Shown here piece by piece: positions 45,675 through 54,902 of a stretch of 64,000 bases of DNA. Location of the stretch: contig CAWCMN010000009.1 of assembly GCA_963796715.1 (NCBI GenBank), positions 198,546 through 262,545 of the forward strand. Direction: 5' to 3'. The notes beneath the pieces were generated by a model. It saw nothing but the letters and a program-made list of their open reading frames with translations. It was not told the origin of the DNA and ran no database searches. This DNA is from an uncultured Chloroflexia bacterium. GTDB lineage: Bacteria; Chloroflexota; Limnocylindria; Limnocylindrales; CSP1-4. How positions within the stretch are numbered: position 1 is the first letter of the stretch; each line of letters opens with the position of its first letter. A program made the translations under genes and the position numbers.

Positions 45675-46439
45675 ATGTCCAGCGCCACGCGCACCCTCCT
45701 CGCCAGGACCATGGTCATCGCGGCGGTCGCGATGTTCGCCATCCTCGGCGGCATCCCGGCCATGCTCGGCGGCCTGCGGTCCCCCTCGGTCGTCGCCGCC
45801 GCGTCGGGCGACCCGACCCACGGCATCACCGTCCAGGGCACGGCGATCATCAGCCTCAAGCCCGACATGGCGACGCTCTACCTGGGCGTGGACGCCCAGG
45901 CCTCCACGGCGACCCAGGCACAGTCCAACGCCAGCAAGGCCATGACGGCCGTGATCGCGGCGGTCAAGAAGCAGGGCGTGGCGGACGTCGACCTGGCGAC
46001 CCAGGGCATCAACCTCAACCCGACCTATGATGGCAACGTCAGCGGGACGCCCCGCGTGAACGGCTATCAGGCCAGCCAGTCACTCACCGTGAAGGTCCGT
46101 GACCTCGACAAGCTGGGGCCGGTCATCGACGCCGGTGTCGGCGCGGGCGCCAGCTCCGTCGGCGGCGTGAGCTTCTCGCTGGCCGACCCGACGGCCGCCA
46201 CCGACCAGGCCCGCCAGATGGCCGTGGCCGACGCGCACAAGCGCGCCCAGGCGCTCGCCACCGCGGCCGGCGTGACGCTCGGCGCCCCGATCAGCATCAC
46301 CGAGGAATCGGCCACCCAGCCGCCGGTCTACTACGCCGCCGCGGGTGTCGCCTCGGACAAGGCCAGCGTCGCGACGCCGGTCCAGGCCGGGACGACCGAC
46401 GTGACGGTCACCGTGGACGTGGTCTACAGCATCCCCTGA
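45675..46439 (+). CDS. SIMPL domain (DUF541) protein with N-terminal TM/signal
   Basis: 254 aa with the SIMPL fold signature. Confidence 0.75.
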   Translation: MSSATRTLLARTMVIAAVAMFAILGGIPAMLGGLRSPSVVAAASGDPTHGITVQGTAIISLKPDMATLYLGVDAQASTATQAQSNASKAMTAVIAAVKKQGVADVDLATQGINLNPTYDGNVSGTPRVNGYQASQSLTVKVRDLDKLGPVIDAGVGAGASSVGGVSFSLADPTAATDQARQMAVADAHKRAQALATAAGVTLGAPISITEESATQPPVYYAAAGVASDKASVATPVQAGTTDVTVTVDVVYSIP

Positions 46440-46566
46440 CGCAGATCCCGGACGCGGGCACGCCGGGCGGCGCGGAGGAGGCGTCGCCCGGCGGCCCGTT
46501 CGAGCCTCGACGCGACGGTTGGCTGGACATCCCCCCGCTGGGCTGAAGGCGGAAGGCTCCGACCGC

Positions 46567-46730
46567 GGTCACTCACGGTGACCGCTTTGCCCATGAAGCC
46601 GCCCTCGTGCCTGCTCTCGCCCGCCCGGCGCGGCCAACCGTCACGGACCGTGACCGATACGGCCTCGTGGCGGCCCAGGGTGGCCTTCCTACCCTGGTTC
46701 GACCCGGATCCGGTCACTCACCGTGACCGG
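46567..46730. promoter_or_regulatory. array of three GTCAC-N5-GTGAC palindromes spaced ~72 bp apart
   Basis: GGTCACTCACGGTGACC (46567-46583), CGTCACGGACCGTGACCG (46638-46655) and CCGGTCACTCACCGTGACCGG (46710-46730). They sit in the 400-bp intergenic region upstream of the lipoprotein gene. Confidence 0.45.
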
Positions 46731-46835
46731 AGGCAACACGGGCGGAACACCTACCCGCCTGATCCCGGCGAGTTACGGATAAGGTCTTGTCCGGCCGCGC
46801 GCCCGGACGTATCGTTCCCCGCCGGAGGTGACGCG

Positions 46836-47408
46836 ATGGCGGGACGTCTTCGGCAGGTCGGCTTGGCGGTGGCCCTCGCGGGGCTCCTTGTCGCGTGTGG
46901 TTCGTCGGTCTCGACACCCACGGCCAACACCGGCGGTGACGGTGGTGGTGGCGCCGCCGCCACGACGCCCGGGGCGACGAGCAGTCCGGGGGGCGGGGGA
47001 GGCGGCGCCTCGTCGAACGATCCATGCTCCCTGCTCACCGCGGATCAGATCAGCGCAGCCATCGGGCTGCCATTCGGCCAGGGCGACTCGGGCGGTGACA
47101 CCCATTCGTGCGACTGGGCTCATGTCGAGAACCAACTGCCGACGACGCAGGTCATCGTCGATACCAACGTTGACACCGGCCAGTGCGATGAAGGCTCGTC
47201 TACCGCGCTGGGCATCACCGACACCCCGCTGAGCGGCATCGGCGACAAGGCGTGCATCGTCACGATGACCGGCCTGAACTCCGTCCTGACCTTCTACAAG
47301 GGCAGCGGACGAGGCTGGTCCGTCACTGCCTCGGGCAAGAACGTGACCACTGCGAACGTCCAGGCCATCGAGCAGCAGCTCGCCCTGGACATGCTGGGCA
47401 ACCTGTAG
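46836..47408 (+). CDS. secreted lipoprotein, DUF3558-like
   Basis: Signal peptide plus lipobox LVACG. Gly/Ser-rich linker. Conserved Cys pairs (DPCSLLTAD, HSCDW, QCDEG, KACIV). Confidence 0.55.
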   Translation: MAGRLRQVGLAVALAGLLVACGSSVSTPTANTGGDGGGGAAATTPGATSSPGGGGGGASSNDPCSLLTADQISAAIGLPFGQGDSGGDTHSCDWAHVENQLPTTQVIVDTNVDTGQCDEGSSTALGITDTPLSGIGDKACIVTMTGLNSVLTFYKGSGRGWSVTASGKNVTTANVQAIEQQLALDMLGNL

Positions 47409-47410
47409 CG

Positions 47411-48292
47411 TCAGTCGGGGAGGCCCGACCAGCCCCGGATCGCGCGTGCCACGGCGGAGATGTCGTCGTCGCCGTGGCCGCGTCGTACGAGCCCGTTCTC
47501 GATCTCCGCCGTCAGACCCGTCACCGGCAGGGCGGCGCCGACTTCCCGCGCCATGTCGAGGGCGATGGCCAGGTCCTTGCGATGCAGCGCCACCTTGAAG
47601 CCCAACGGGTAGTCGTTCTGGATCATCCGGCCGCTGCGGTTGGCCAGGACCCATGATTGAGCCGCTCCTCCGCTGAGCGCGGTCACCACCTTCTGTACGT
47701 CCAGGCCGGCCTGCATCGCCAGCACGAGCCCCTCAGCGACGCCCAGGTAGGTCCCCGAGATGATCACCTGGTTGACCGCCTTGGTGGCCTGGCCGGCCCC
47801 GATCGGGCCCATGTGGGTGATCGTGCTGCCCATCGCCGCCAGGACGGGCTGGGCCCGTTCGACCGCTGCGTCCTCGCCGCCGACCATGATCGTCAGGGTC
47901 CCGTTCTGGGCGCCCTCGGAGCCGCCCGAGACGGGCGCGTCGACGAACCCGATGCCGTGCTCGGCCAGTCGCGCGCCGAACCCACGGGTGGCCGACGGAC
48001 TGATCGTCGAGCAGTCGATGACCAGGCTGCCCGTCCGCCCTCCTGCCATGAGCCCGTCGGAGCCGAACAGGGCGGCCTCGACATCGGGCGTGTCGGACAG
48101 GCAGCACACCACGACGTCGGTCGCCGCGGCGAGCTCCCGTAGCGTGGCCGCTACGCCCGCCCCGGCCGAACGAAGCGGCTCCGCGCGTCCCGCCGTCCGG
48201 TTCCACACGGTGAGCGGGAAACCGGCCCGCAGCAGGTTCGCGGCCATGGCCGCCCCCATCGTGCCCAGTCCGGCGAAACCGACGCGTTCCAT
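47411..48292 (-). CDS. NAD(P)-dependent 3-hydroxyisobutyrate dehydrogenase family oxidoreductase
   Basis: GFAGLGTMGAAMAANL Rossmann motif and HIBADH catalytic region. GGAGGTGGAG precedes the ATG at 48292. Confidence 0.85.
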   Translation of the reverse strand: MERVGFAGLGTMGAAMAANLLRAGFPLTVWNRTAGRAEPLRSAGAGVAATLRELAAATDVVVCCLSDTPDVEAALFGSDGLMAGGRTGSLVIDCSTISPSATRGFGARLAEHGIGFVDAPVSGGSEGAQNGTLTIMVGGEDAAVERAQPVLAAMGSTITHMGPIGAGQATKAVNQVIISGTYLGVAEGLVLAMQAGLDVQKVVTALSGGAAQSWVLANRSGRMIQNDYPLGFKVALHRKDLAIALDMAREVGAALPVTGLTAEIENGLVRRGHGDDDISAVARAIRGWSGLPD

Positions 48293-48414
48293 CTCCACCT
48301 CCGACCCGTCGCGCGACGACGTCATCCGACGCGTGCCGACCGGCCCATGGTACCGAGGGGGATCGAAAGGGCCCCGGGGTGAGCGGGGCCCTCGGATCGA
48401 TCGTCTGGCGTCGA

Positions 48415-49176
48415 CTAGCGGCGGCTGCCGGTCAGGCGCAGGAAGCTGATGAAGAGGTTGACGAAGTCCAGGTAGAGGCGCAGCGCGCCGATGACCGACG
48501 CGGCCTCGCGGGTGCGGATCCACACCAGGTTGCCGTTGCGCATCCGCTGCACGTCGTAGGCCGTGAGGCCGGTGAAGATCACCACGCCGATCGCGCCGAC
48601 GACGTAGCTGAACTGGTCGCCGCCCACGAAGACATTGGCGACCGACATCACGACGAGGCCGATCAGGCCCATGAAGAGGATGCCGCCGAGCTTGGTCAGG
48701 TCACGCCGCGTGACGACGCCGTAGAGAGCTGCCGCCCCGAAGACCGCCGCCGCGCTGACGAAGGCCGTCGCGATCGACTCGCTCGTGTAGACGAACGCGA
48801 TCATCGAGAGGGTCGCCCCGTTGAGGATGGCGAAACCGAAGAAGAGGGCGAGGCCGGGCAACGCACCGATGCGGTTGATGGCCGCGCTGACGCCGATGAC
48901 GAAGCCGAACTCCAGGAGCACGAGCCCCAGGTACCACTGGGCGACGGTGTCCTGGAGATTGGGCACGTTGAGGACGAGGCCCGCGGTGCCGGCGCTGAGC
49001 AGCAGGCCCAGCGTCATCCACAGGAAGCTCATCGTCAGGTAGCCCTCGCCGACCTGGATGGTCGCCGCAGGCTGGGTCAGGCCGGCCAGCGTGTTTGGCT
49101 GGCTCCAGCGGGTCTGGCTCGCGGGACCCGTCGAGGGCGCCGCGCGCGAGGGGTCGGGTCGATCGCTATTGAACAC
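48415..49176 (-). CDS. Bax inhibitor-1/YccA family membrane protein
   Basis: 253 aa with 7 TM and a BI-1 signature. Confidence 0.8.
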   Translation of the reverse strand: MFNSDRPDPSRAAPSTGPASQTRWSQPNTLAGLTQPAATIQVGEGYLTMSFLWMTLGLLLSAGTAGLVLNVPNLQDTVAQWYLGLVLLEFGFVIGVSAAINRIGALPGLALFFGFAILNGATLSMIAFVYTSESIATAFVSAAAVFGAAALYGVVTRRDLTKLGGILFMGLIGLVVMSVANVFVGGDQFSYVVGAIGVVIFTGLTAYDVQRMRNGNLVWIRTREAASVIGALRLYLDFVNLFISFLRLTGSRR

Positions 49177-49320
49177 GGATCAGGGACTCCTTCGACCGTC
49201 CCGTCGACGGTCAGGTGGCGACACGGCGGATCCGTGCGCCACGGACTAGTCTAGCCATCTTGTCGAGAATCCCTCGACGCACGCTTCGACTGGAGAGCGA
49301 CCGCTCTCAAGAGGTATACG

Positions 49321-49662
49321 TTGCCCGACGACACGCCGATCAGCTGGAAAGCCATCCCGCCGAACACGCCGCTGCTGAGCTCGGACGGCCAGAGCACCGG
49401 GACCGTGACCGAGGTCCTCGGCAGCCGTGACGAGGACATCTTCCACGGTTTGATCGTCCACGTGTCGGGGCAGCAGCGCGTACTCACGTCCGACTGCGTG
49501 ACGAGCATCTCGCAGGCGGGCGTGGTCACCGACCACACTGCGGCCGAGCTGCTCGCGCTGCCCGTCTACACGCCTGAACCGACCTTCCACGCCGAGCTGA
49601 CGAAGGGCCACTTCGGTCGTTTCGTGCACGAGCACTTCGCGAAGGACGACGACCGCCACTGA
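49321..49662 (+). CDS. PRC-barrel domain protein
   Basis: 113 aa with a PRC barrel pattern. TTG start. Confidence 0.45.
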   Translation: MPDDTPISWKAIPPNTPLLSSDGQSTGTVTEVLGSRDEDIFHGLIVHVSGQQRVLTSDCVTSISQAGVVTDHTAAELLALPVYTPEPTFHAELTKGHFGRFVHEHFAKDDDRH

Positions 49663-49955
49663 CCGACGCCCGGCGCCGCTGCCGAGCGGACCGGGCGCAT
49701 GCGCGGCGCGCGACGCTGCGCGATCTGACCTGCCAGGTCACTATCGGACCGGGACATGCGCCGGAACAAGCCGACTCGTCAAATCCTGACCTGGCGCGTC
49801 AGATCACGACCAGGATCGGCTCCGAAGGGGCCCATCCATGCTCCGAAAGGGCCGCTGCACGGCCCGATCTCGTTCGATACTGACCCGGGGCGTCAGGAAC
49901 CCTTAACCCTCCAGGTCAGCATGTGGTCCGGCTGGCGCAGGCGCCCACCGTGGCG

Positions 49956-50600
49956 TTAGCCGCTCCGCCGCGGGCGGGCTGAGATGCGGGCTGGCACGGC
50001 CGGATGGGCGGCGGCCTGCTCAGCCGCACGCGCCAGGATCCACAGCAGGTCGGCCAGGCGGTTCACGTACGGCAGGAGCGACGCCCCGCACGACCCACCC
50101 TCGCGCTGGAAGGTCACGATCCTTCGTTCGGCGCGACGGACCACCGTCCGCGCGACCTCGAGCGCGGCTGAGGCCTGCGTCTCTCCCGGGACCACGAACT
50201 CCCGGGGCATCTCGACGGCCGCCTCGTGCTCGGCCAGGGTCGCCTCAAGGGCCTCCAGCATCGACTCGGAGACCCGGGTCACACCATCGGTCAGCCGGTC
50301 GCGCGCCGCCGGGGTCGTGGCGAGCTCCGCCCCCACGACGAACAGCTCGCGCTGCAGCCGCAGGACCAGCGCCGCGAGCTCGGCGAACCGACCCGGCGCG
50401 CCCGGCGCCCCCGCGGCATCCAGCAACTCCGCCCGAGCCACCCCAAGCGCGGCCACGGCTTCGTCGATCGTGCCGTAGGCCTCCGTCGCGGGATCGTCCT
50501 TGGCCACACGCGGCCCGCCGAAGAGCAGGCCGGTCGTGCCGTCGTCGCCGCGGCCGGTGGCGACGCCGCTCGCCGCGATGCGCGGGCGGCGCGCGGTCAT
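49956..50600 (-). CDS. cob(I)yrinic acid a,c-diamide adenosyltransferase, PduO type
   Basis: GDDGTTGLLFG motif. 214 aa. Confidence 0.85.
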   Translation of the reverse strand: MTARRPRIAASGVATGRGDDGTTGLLFGGPRVAKDDPATEAYGTIDEAVAALGVARAELLDAAGAPGAPGRFAELAALVLRLQRELFVVGAELATTPAARDRLTDGVTRVSESMLEALEATLAEHEAAVEMPREFVVPGETQASAALEVARTVVRRAERRIVTFQREGGSCGASLLPYVNRLADLLWILARAAEQAAAHPAVPARISARPRRSG

Positions 50601-50631
50601 CGGTCGGGGATCACCAACGCGCCGGTGAGGG

Positions 50632-51036
50632 TCACCACATCAGGCCGGCATCGCGCGGATCCCAGCGCTCGGCCAGCAGGGTGACCTTGACCTCGTGGCC
50701 GACGACCTCCTCGGTGACCTCCTTGACCTGCTGGATCATCGCCCCGGCGTAGGGGCAGAAGGGGGTCGTGAGGATCATCTTGATCTCGGTCTGCTCGTGG
50801 CCGAGGATGATCTGCTTGATCAGCGCGAGCTCGACGACGTTCATGCCGATCTCGGGGTCGACCACCGTCCGCAGGCCGTCCAGGATCGCCAGCTCGGTCG
50901 CCCGCGCCTCGGCGTCGAAGACGGGTGCCTCGGTCGAGCCCGCGGTCGGCGACGCGGCGGGGGTATCGGACTGGGCGGTGGCGGGATCGGGCATCGGGAC
51001 CTCGGGATCGAATGGTTGCGCGGGAAATCGTATCAC
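50632..51036 (-). CDS. DUF59/MIP18 family Fe-S assembly protein (SufT-like)
   Basis: DPEIGMNVVELALIK...TTPFCPYAG. Confidence 0.7.
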   Translation of the reverse strand: MIRFPAQPFDPEVPMPDPATAQSDTPAASPTAGSTEAPVFDAEARATELAILDGLRTVVDPEIGMNVVELALIKQIILGHEQTEIKMILTTPFCPYAGAMIQQVKEVTEEVVGHEVKVTLLAERWDPRDAGLMW

Positions 51037-51079
51037 CGGTCCCCGGCGCTTCCCGTTCCCGGGCCTTCCGGCCGGCGCC

Positions 51080-51406
51080 TCAGGCCGCGGGCGCGTCCAC
51101 GACGACGCCGGCCAGCTCGCGCAGGTGCTCCGGCAGATCGGCCGCCTCGGCCGCGGGGAAGCCGGGGCCGTGCAGCCCGCCGTCCTCGGCGAAGAAGTCC
51201 TCGTAGTGGGCCCGATGATCGGCCGCGTAGCGGAAGGCCTCGGCGATGCCGATCCGCCGCAGCTCCGGGTTCTGGGCCAGCATCTGGCGCGGCGTCAGGC
51301 CGTTGGCGCGCATCTCGAGCACGTTCCGCACGGTCAGGCGGGTGTTGTAGCAGAAGGGTTCGCCGTTCATCACGAGCGGGTCCACCTTGACCCACTTGAT
51401 CGTCAT
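51080..51406 (-). CDS. DUF433 domain protein
   Basis: 108 aa with the DUF433 core. Confidence 0.6.
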   Translation of the reverse strand: MTIKWVKVDPLVMNGEPFCYNTRLTVRNVLEMRANGLTPRQMLAQNPELRRIGIAEAFRYAADHRAHYEDFFAEDGGLHGPGFPAAEAADLPEHLRELAGVVVDAPAA

Positions 51407-51424
51407 CGGAGGGGGCCCGCCCGC

Positions 51425-51928
51425 CTAGATGATCGAGTCATCGAGGATGCCCGCGCCCTTCCAGATGAAGCGCACGGCCGGGTTGCCCTTGTGGTCGCCG
51501 GGCAGTCGGCGGTGCAGCTCGAGCACCTTCAGCCAGGCCCCGACGTACCCCTCGAGCGCCTCGATGTCGTCCGGCGCGAGGACCGTGGAAGCGGCGTCGG
51601 CGAGCCGCTGGAGCAGCAGCGCCTGGTCGCGCGCGGCGACGTGGCGGCGCCGATAGGCGGGCTGGATCCACTCGGCGTACGTCGTGACCAGGTGCACCTG
51701 GCCCGTCTCCAGCGCCTGCGCCAGCTGCTCCAGGTGGCGATCGGCGTCGCGCAGGAGCTCGCGCAGGGCGATCTCGTCGTAGCGTGTCGCCAGCGTCGGG
51801 TCGTCTCTCACGGCCGCCTGCAACGAGGTCGCCGCCAGGCGCTTGCGGGCGGCGCGGATCCGTCCGGCGGCGGCGGGCAGGCCCGCGGTGTGGTCGAGCG
51901 GTGGCAGGCCAAGGGCCGGGTGGCTCAT
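51425..51928 (-). CDS. hypothetical protein
   Basis: ATG at 51928 gives 168 aa. 18 nt upstream of the DUF433 gene. No family recognised. Confidence 0.4.
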   Translation of the reverse strand: MSHPALGLPPLDHTAGLPAAAGRIRAARKRLAATSLQAAVRDDPTLATRYDEIALRELLRDADRHLEQLAQALETGQVHLVTTYAEWIQPAYRRRHVAARDQALLLQRLADAASTVLAPDDIEALEGYVGAWLKVLELHRRLPGDHKGNPAVRFIWKGAGILDDSII

Positions 51929-51964
51929 GGCGGGTAAGTCTAGCGGCGGCGATACAGTGGCGGC

Positions 51965-52531
51965 GTGACGGACACCCCCGACGCCACCGGCCAAGCGCCC
52001 GGCCCCGACGCCCCGATCGCCCGCCCGGGCGAGGTGCGGCCGGCCTCGGCCCGCCTCCTGGAACGCCCGCCCAGCGACCGTTTCGGGCCGCCTCCACGAC
52101 CCCCGCAGGTCGTGGCCACACGCGCCGGCCGCGCCGTCGCGGGAGGGCTCGTCGGCGTGGCGGCGGCCGCCTTGCTGTGGCTCGTCATCGGCGGGATCCT
52201 TGACCTTGACGCGGGTCTGGTCGTGGTGGCGGTCGTCGGCGGCTGGCTCGTGGGGGGCGGGACTGCGCTGGGGGCGTGGGGCCGGGCCGATGCGATCCAT
52301 CAGACGGGTCGCGTCCCGTGGCTGGCCGTCGCGCTGGCGCTCCTGACGTGGCTGGCAGGGACCGTGCTGCTGTACCTCTACGCGCAGATCACCCTGCCGG
52401 CCTCGTCCCTGACGCTCGGGGAGCGCCTCGCTTCCACGCCGTTCACCGACTGGCTGGCGCCGCAGTTCCTGCCGCTCGGGCCACTGGAGATCCTGCTGCT
52501 CGCCGGCGTCAGCTGGTGGTCGGCCCGCTAG
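51965..52531 (+). CDS. hypothetical membrane protein
   Basis: 188 aa. Pro-rich N-terminus then 4 TM. Confidence 0.4.
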   Translation: MTDTPDATGQAPGPDAPIARPGEVRPASARLLERPPSDRFGPPPRPPQVVATRAGRAVAGGLVGVAAAALLWLVIGGILDLDAGLVVVAVVGGWLVGGGTALGAWGRADAIHQTGRVPWLAVALALLTWLAGTVLLYLYAQITLPASSLTLGERLASTPFTDWLAPQFLPLGPLEILLLAGVSWWSAR

Positions 52532-52877
52532 GTCCGCCCGGCCCGAGCGGCCCGTCCGTCTCGCCGCGGAACGGCATGCCCTGCTCCTCCACGGCTCGCA
52601 GGCTCATGCGCAGCGCCGCCGTCTTCTGCTCGGCCACGGCCCGCACGTACGCCGCCTCCTCCTCGGCGGTCATGGGCCGGCCCCTCGGCGCATCGGCGGG
52701 GCGCCCGACCGACAGCCACGAGAGGTGGTACCGGTCCATCGAACCCCAGGCGGCCGACAGGAGCGCATCCGACCGCCGGAGCCAGCCCCGCAGCTCCACC
52801 ATGGCGGGCTCCCCGACCAGCCGATCGCCCTCTTCGACCAGGGCCCGGGTATCGCGGATCAGCTCGTCGCGGGTCAT
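52509..52877 (-). CDS. hypothetical protein
   Basis: ATG at 52877 overlaps the aminotransferase stop (ATGA). 122 aa. Confidence 0.35.
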   Translation of the reverse strand: MTRDELIRDTRALVEEGDRLVGEPAMVELRGWLRRSDALLSAAWGSMDRYHLSWLSVGRPADAPRGRPMTAEEEAAYVRAVAEQKTAALRMSLRAVEEQGMPFRGETDGPLGPGGPSGPTTS

Positions 52878-53773
52878 CCCGGGCCGCGGAAGAACGCTTC
52901 GCGGTCGGCGCGCGCGCGGGTCGTCCACGGGCCCGGCATGCCCGTGCCGACGGCGTGGCCGTCGAACCGCGTGAGCGGCAGGATGCCCGCCACGCTGCTG
53001 GAGAGGAACGCCTCATCCGCCTCGAGCAGGTCGCGGGTCGTCAGCAGGGACTCGTGCGCGGCGAGCCCGGCGGTGGCGGCCCATCGGAGCAGCCAGTCAC
53101 GCGTCGTGCCGGCCAGCACGGCGCACGCCAGCGACGGTGTGGCCAGCTCGCCACCTCGCACCAGGAAGACGTTGGCGCTGGTCGCCTCCGACAGGTACCC
53201 GTCCGTGGTCAGGAAGAGGGCGTCGTCCGCGCCGGCACGATCGGCCTCCAGGCGTCCGTATACGTAGTCCGCGCGGCTGGTCGTCTTGAGGCCGGCCAAC
53301 GGACTCTCCACGTCGCGCCGCACGGCGCTGGCGATGACGTGCAGGCCGCGTGCCAGCACGTCATCGGTCGCTGGGACCACCGGCCAGGCCTGGACCACGA
53401 TCGTGGGAAGCACGTGTGGCACGGGCGGCAACAGGCCACGCCGGTCGATGGTGCCCCGGGAGACCGTGATGCGGACGGAGGCATCACCGTCGGCACCGGC
53501 CAGGTCCTCGGCGGCAAGCAGTTCGGTGATCGCCGCTGCCAGTCGGGCCGCGAGGTCGGCCGGCAGGTCGATCCCGAGACCGTCGGCGGAGCGGCCAAGG
53601 CGGGCGGTGTGCTCGGCCAGCTCGGTCGGATGGCCGGCGCGTGCCCGGAGGGTCTCGAAGACCGCGTCGCCGAGCTGGAACCCGCGATCGAACGCCGAGA
53701 GATGGGGTCCCGCCGCGGGCAGGAGCCGTCCGTCCACCCACACGTGCCTTGGCCCGTCGCCGGCCTGGGTCAT
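52874..53773 (-). CDS. class IV aminotransferase family protein (aminodeoxychorismate lyase PabC / BCAT fold)
   Basis: FDRGFQLGDAVFETLR, ESPLAGLKTTSRADYV and a catalytic Lys region. 299 aa. Confidence 0.75.
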   Translation of the reverse strand: MTQAGDGPRHVWVDGRLLPAAGPHLSAFDRGFQLGDAVFETLRARAGHPTELAEHTARLGRSADGLGIDLPADLAARLAAAITELLAAEDLAGADGDASVRITVSRGTIDRRGLLPPVPHVLPTIVVQAWPVVPATDDVLARGLHVIASAVRRDVESPLAGLKTTSRADYVYGRLEADRAGADDALFLTTDGYLSEATSANVFLVRGGELATPSLACAVLAGTTRDWLLRWAATAGLAAHESLLTTRDLLEADEAFLSSSVAGILPLTRFDGHAVGTGMPGPWTTRARADREAFFRGPG

Positions 53774-54444
53774 GGCGTCCCTGGGTCGGCTCGGATCTCG
53801 AGTCCGAGCTGCGCGGCAAGCAGCGGTGCGAGATCCAGCAGCTGGCCTTCGCCGATGATCGCCCCGCGCAGGCTCTCCACCCCGATGAGCGAGCGGAGCC
53901 GCGCGCCGGACAGGTCCACCGCGGTCAGCGTCGCTCCCGTGATGTCCAGCTCGTCGACGGTGCAGTCGACGAACGTGACCTTGCGGAGCTGGGCCGAGCG
54001 CGCGTCAAGGCTGCCGACTTCGCAGCCTTCGAAGACCACGTCGTCGAGGTGCGCACCGGTCAGGTTGGCGAAGCCGAACCGGCCACCGCGTATGCGCACC
54101 CCGGTCAGCGACGCACCGGCCAGCGAGACGGCGCCGATCCGGCCGCCCGCGATCTCCGAGTCGCGCCATGTCGAGTCGCTCAGGTCCAGGCTGGTGGCGC
54201 TGGCATCGGCAAGCAGCGATCCCACGACCCTGCTTCGCCGCAACGATGTCCCATCGAGGGCGCAGCGGAGGAACCGGCACTCCAGGAACCGGGCATCGCT
54301 GGCATCCTGGCCGCTGAGGCGCAGGTCGACGAAGTCCACCGCGTCGTGGTCGCTTCCGGATGCGAGCACGTCGCTGTCGAACGGCGTCAGCTGGGGCAAC
54401 GAGAGGCGCGGCGCCGGGGCGGCCGAGCGACGGCTGGTCGTCAT
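53770..54444 (-). CDS. pentapeptide repeat protein (MfpA/Qnr-like)
   Basis: Tandem A(D/N)LxG-type pentapeptides throughout (ANLTGAHLDDVVFEGCEVGSLDARSAQLRKVTF). 224 aa. Confidence 0.8.
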   Translation of the reverse strand: MTTSRRSAAPAPRLSLPQLTPFDSDVLASGSDHDAVDFVDLRLSGQDASDARFLECRFLRCALDGTSLRRSRVVGSLLADASATSLDLSDSTWRDSEIAGGRIGAVSLAGASLTGVRIRGGRFGFANLTGAHLDDVVFEGCEVGSLDARSAQLRKVTFVDCTVDELDITGATLTAVDLSGARLRSLIGVESLRGAIIGEGQLLDLAPLLAAQLGLEIRADPGTP

Positions 54445-54902
54445 GCGACGGGTGGGTCCTCAGCCGCACCGGGCTCGGCGGGCGAGGCAGGAGCGTCGTC
54501 GGGTGCCGCTGGCGGCTCCGTCGGGGCGGCCGCGACCGGCGTGGGCGGCTGCGCCGCCTCGTCACCCTGGTCCAGCAACAGGACCATGACGCCCAGGATG
54601 AGCGCACCACACGCGACGCCGAACACGGCGGCCGTCTCGGGAGGCAGCCCGACCCCCGCCGCGCGCGAGCCGCCGAAGAGCATCCAGCCGCTCGGCAGCC
54701 CAGCCGCCAGCGCCGCCGAGACGAGCAGCACGCCGACGGCCGTCTGCTGGTCCCGCCGCAGCAGGTCCAGCGACGCGATGACGGCCGGGATCAGGCCCAG
54801 GAACGCGACCGGACTGGGGAACGACAGGGCGAGCAGGCCGACCGCCACGCCGCTGACGACGGCCAGCAGCGTGTCGCGGTCGCTGCGCGGGGTGGCGGTC
54901 AT
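54441..54902 (-). CDS. small membrane protein (3 TM, Pro/Ala-rich C-terminal tail)
   Basis: ATG at 54902 overlaps the pabB stop (ATGA). 153 aa. Confidence 0.45.
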   Translation of the reverse strand: MTATPRSDRDTLLAVVSGVAVGLLALSFPSPVAFLGLIPAVIASLDLLRRDQQTAVGVLLVSAALAAGLPSGWMLFGGSRAAGVGLPPETAAVFGVACGALILGVMVLLLDQGDEAAQPPTPVAAAPTEPPAAPDDAPASPAEPGAAEDPPVA

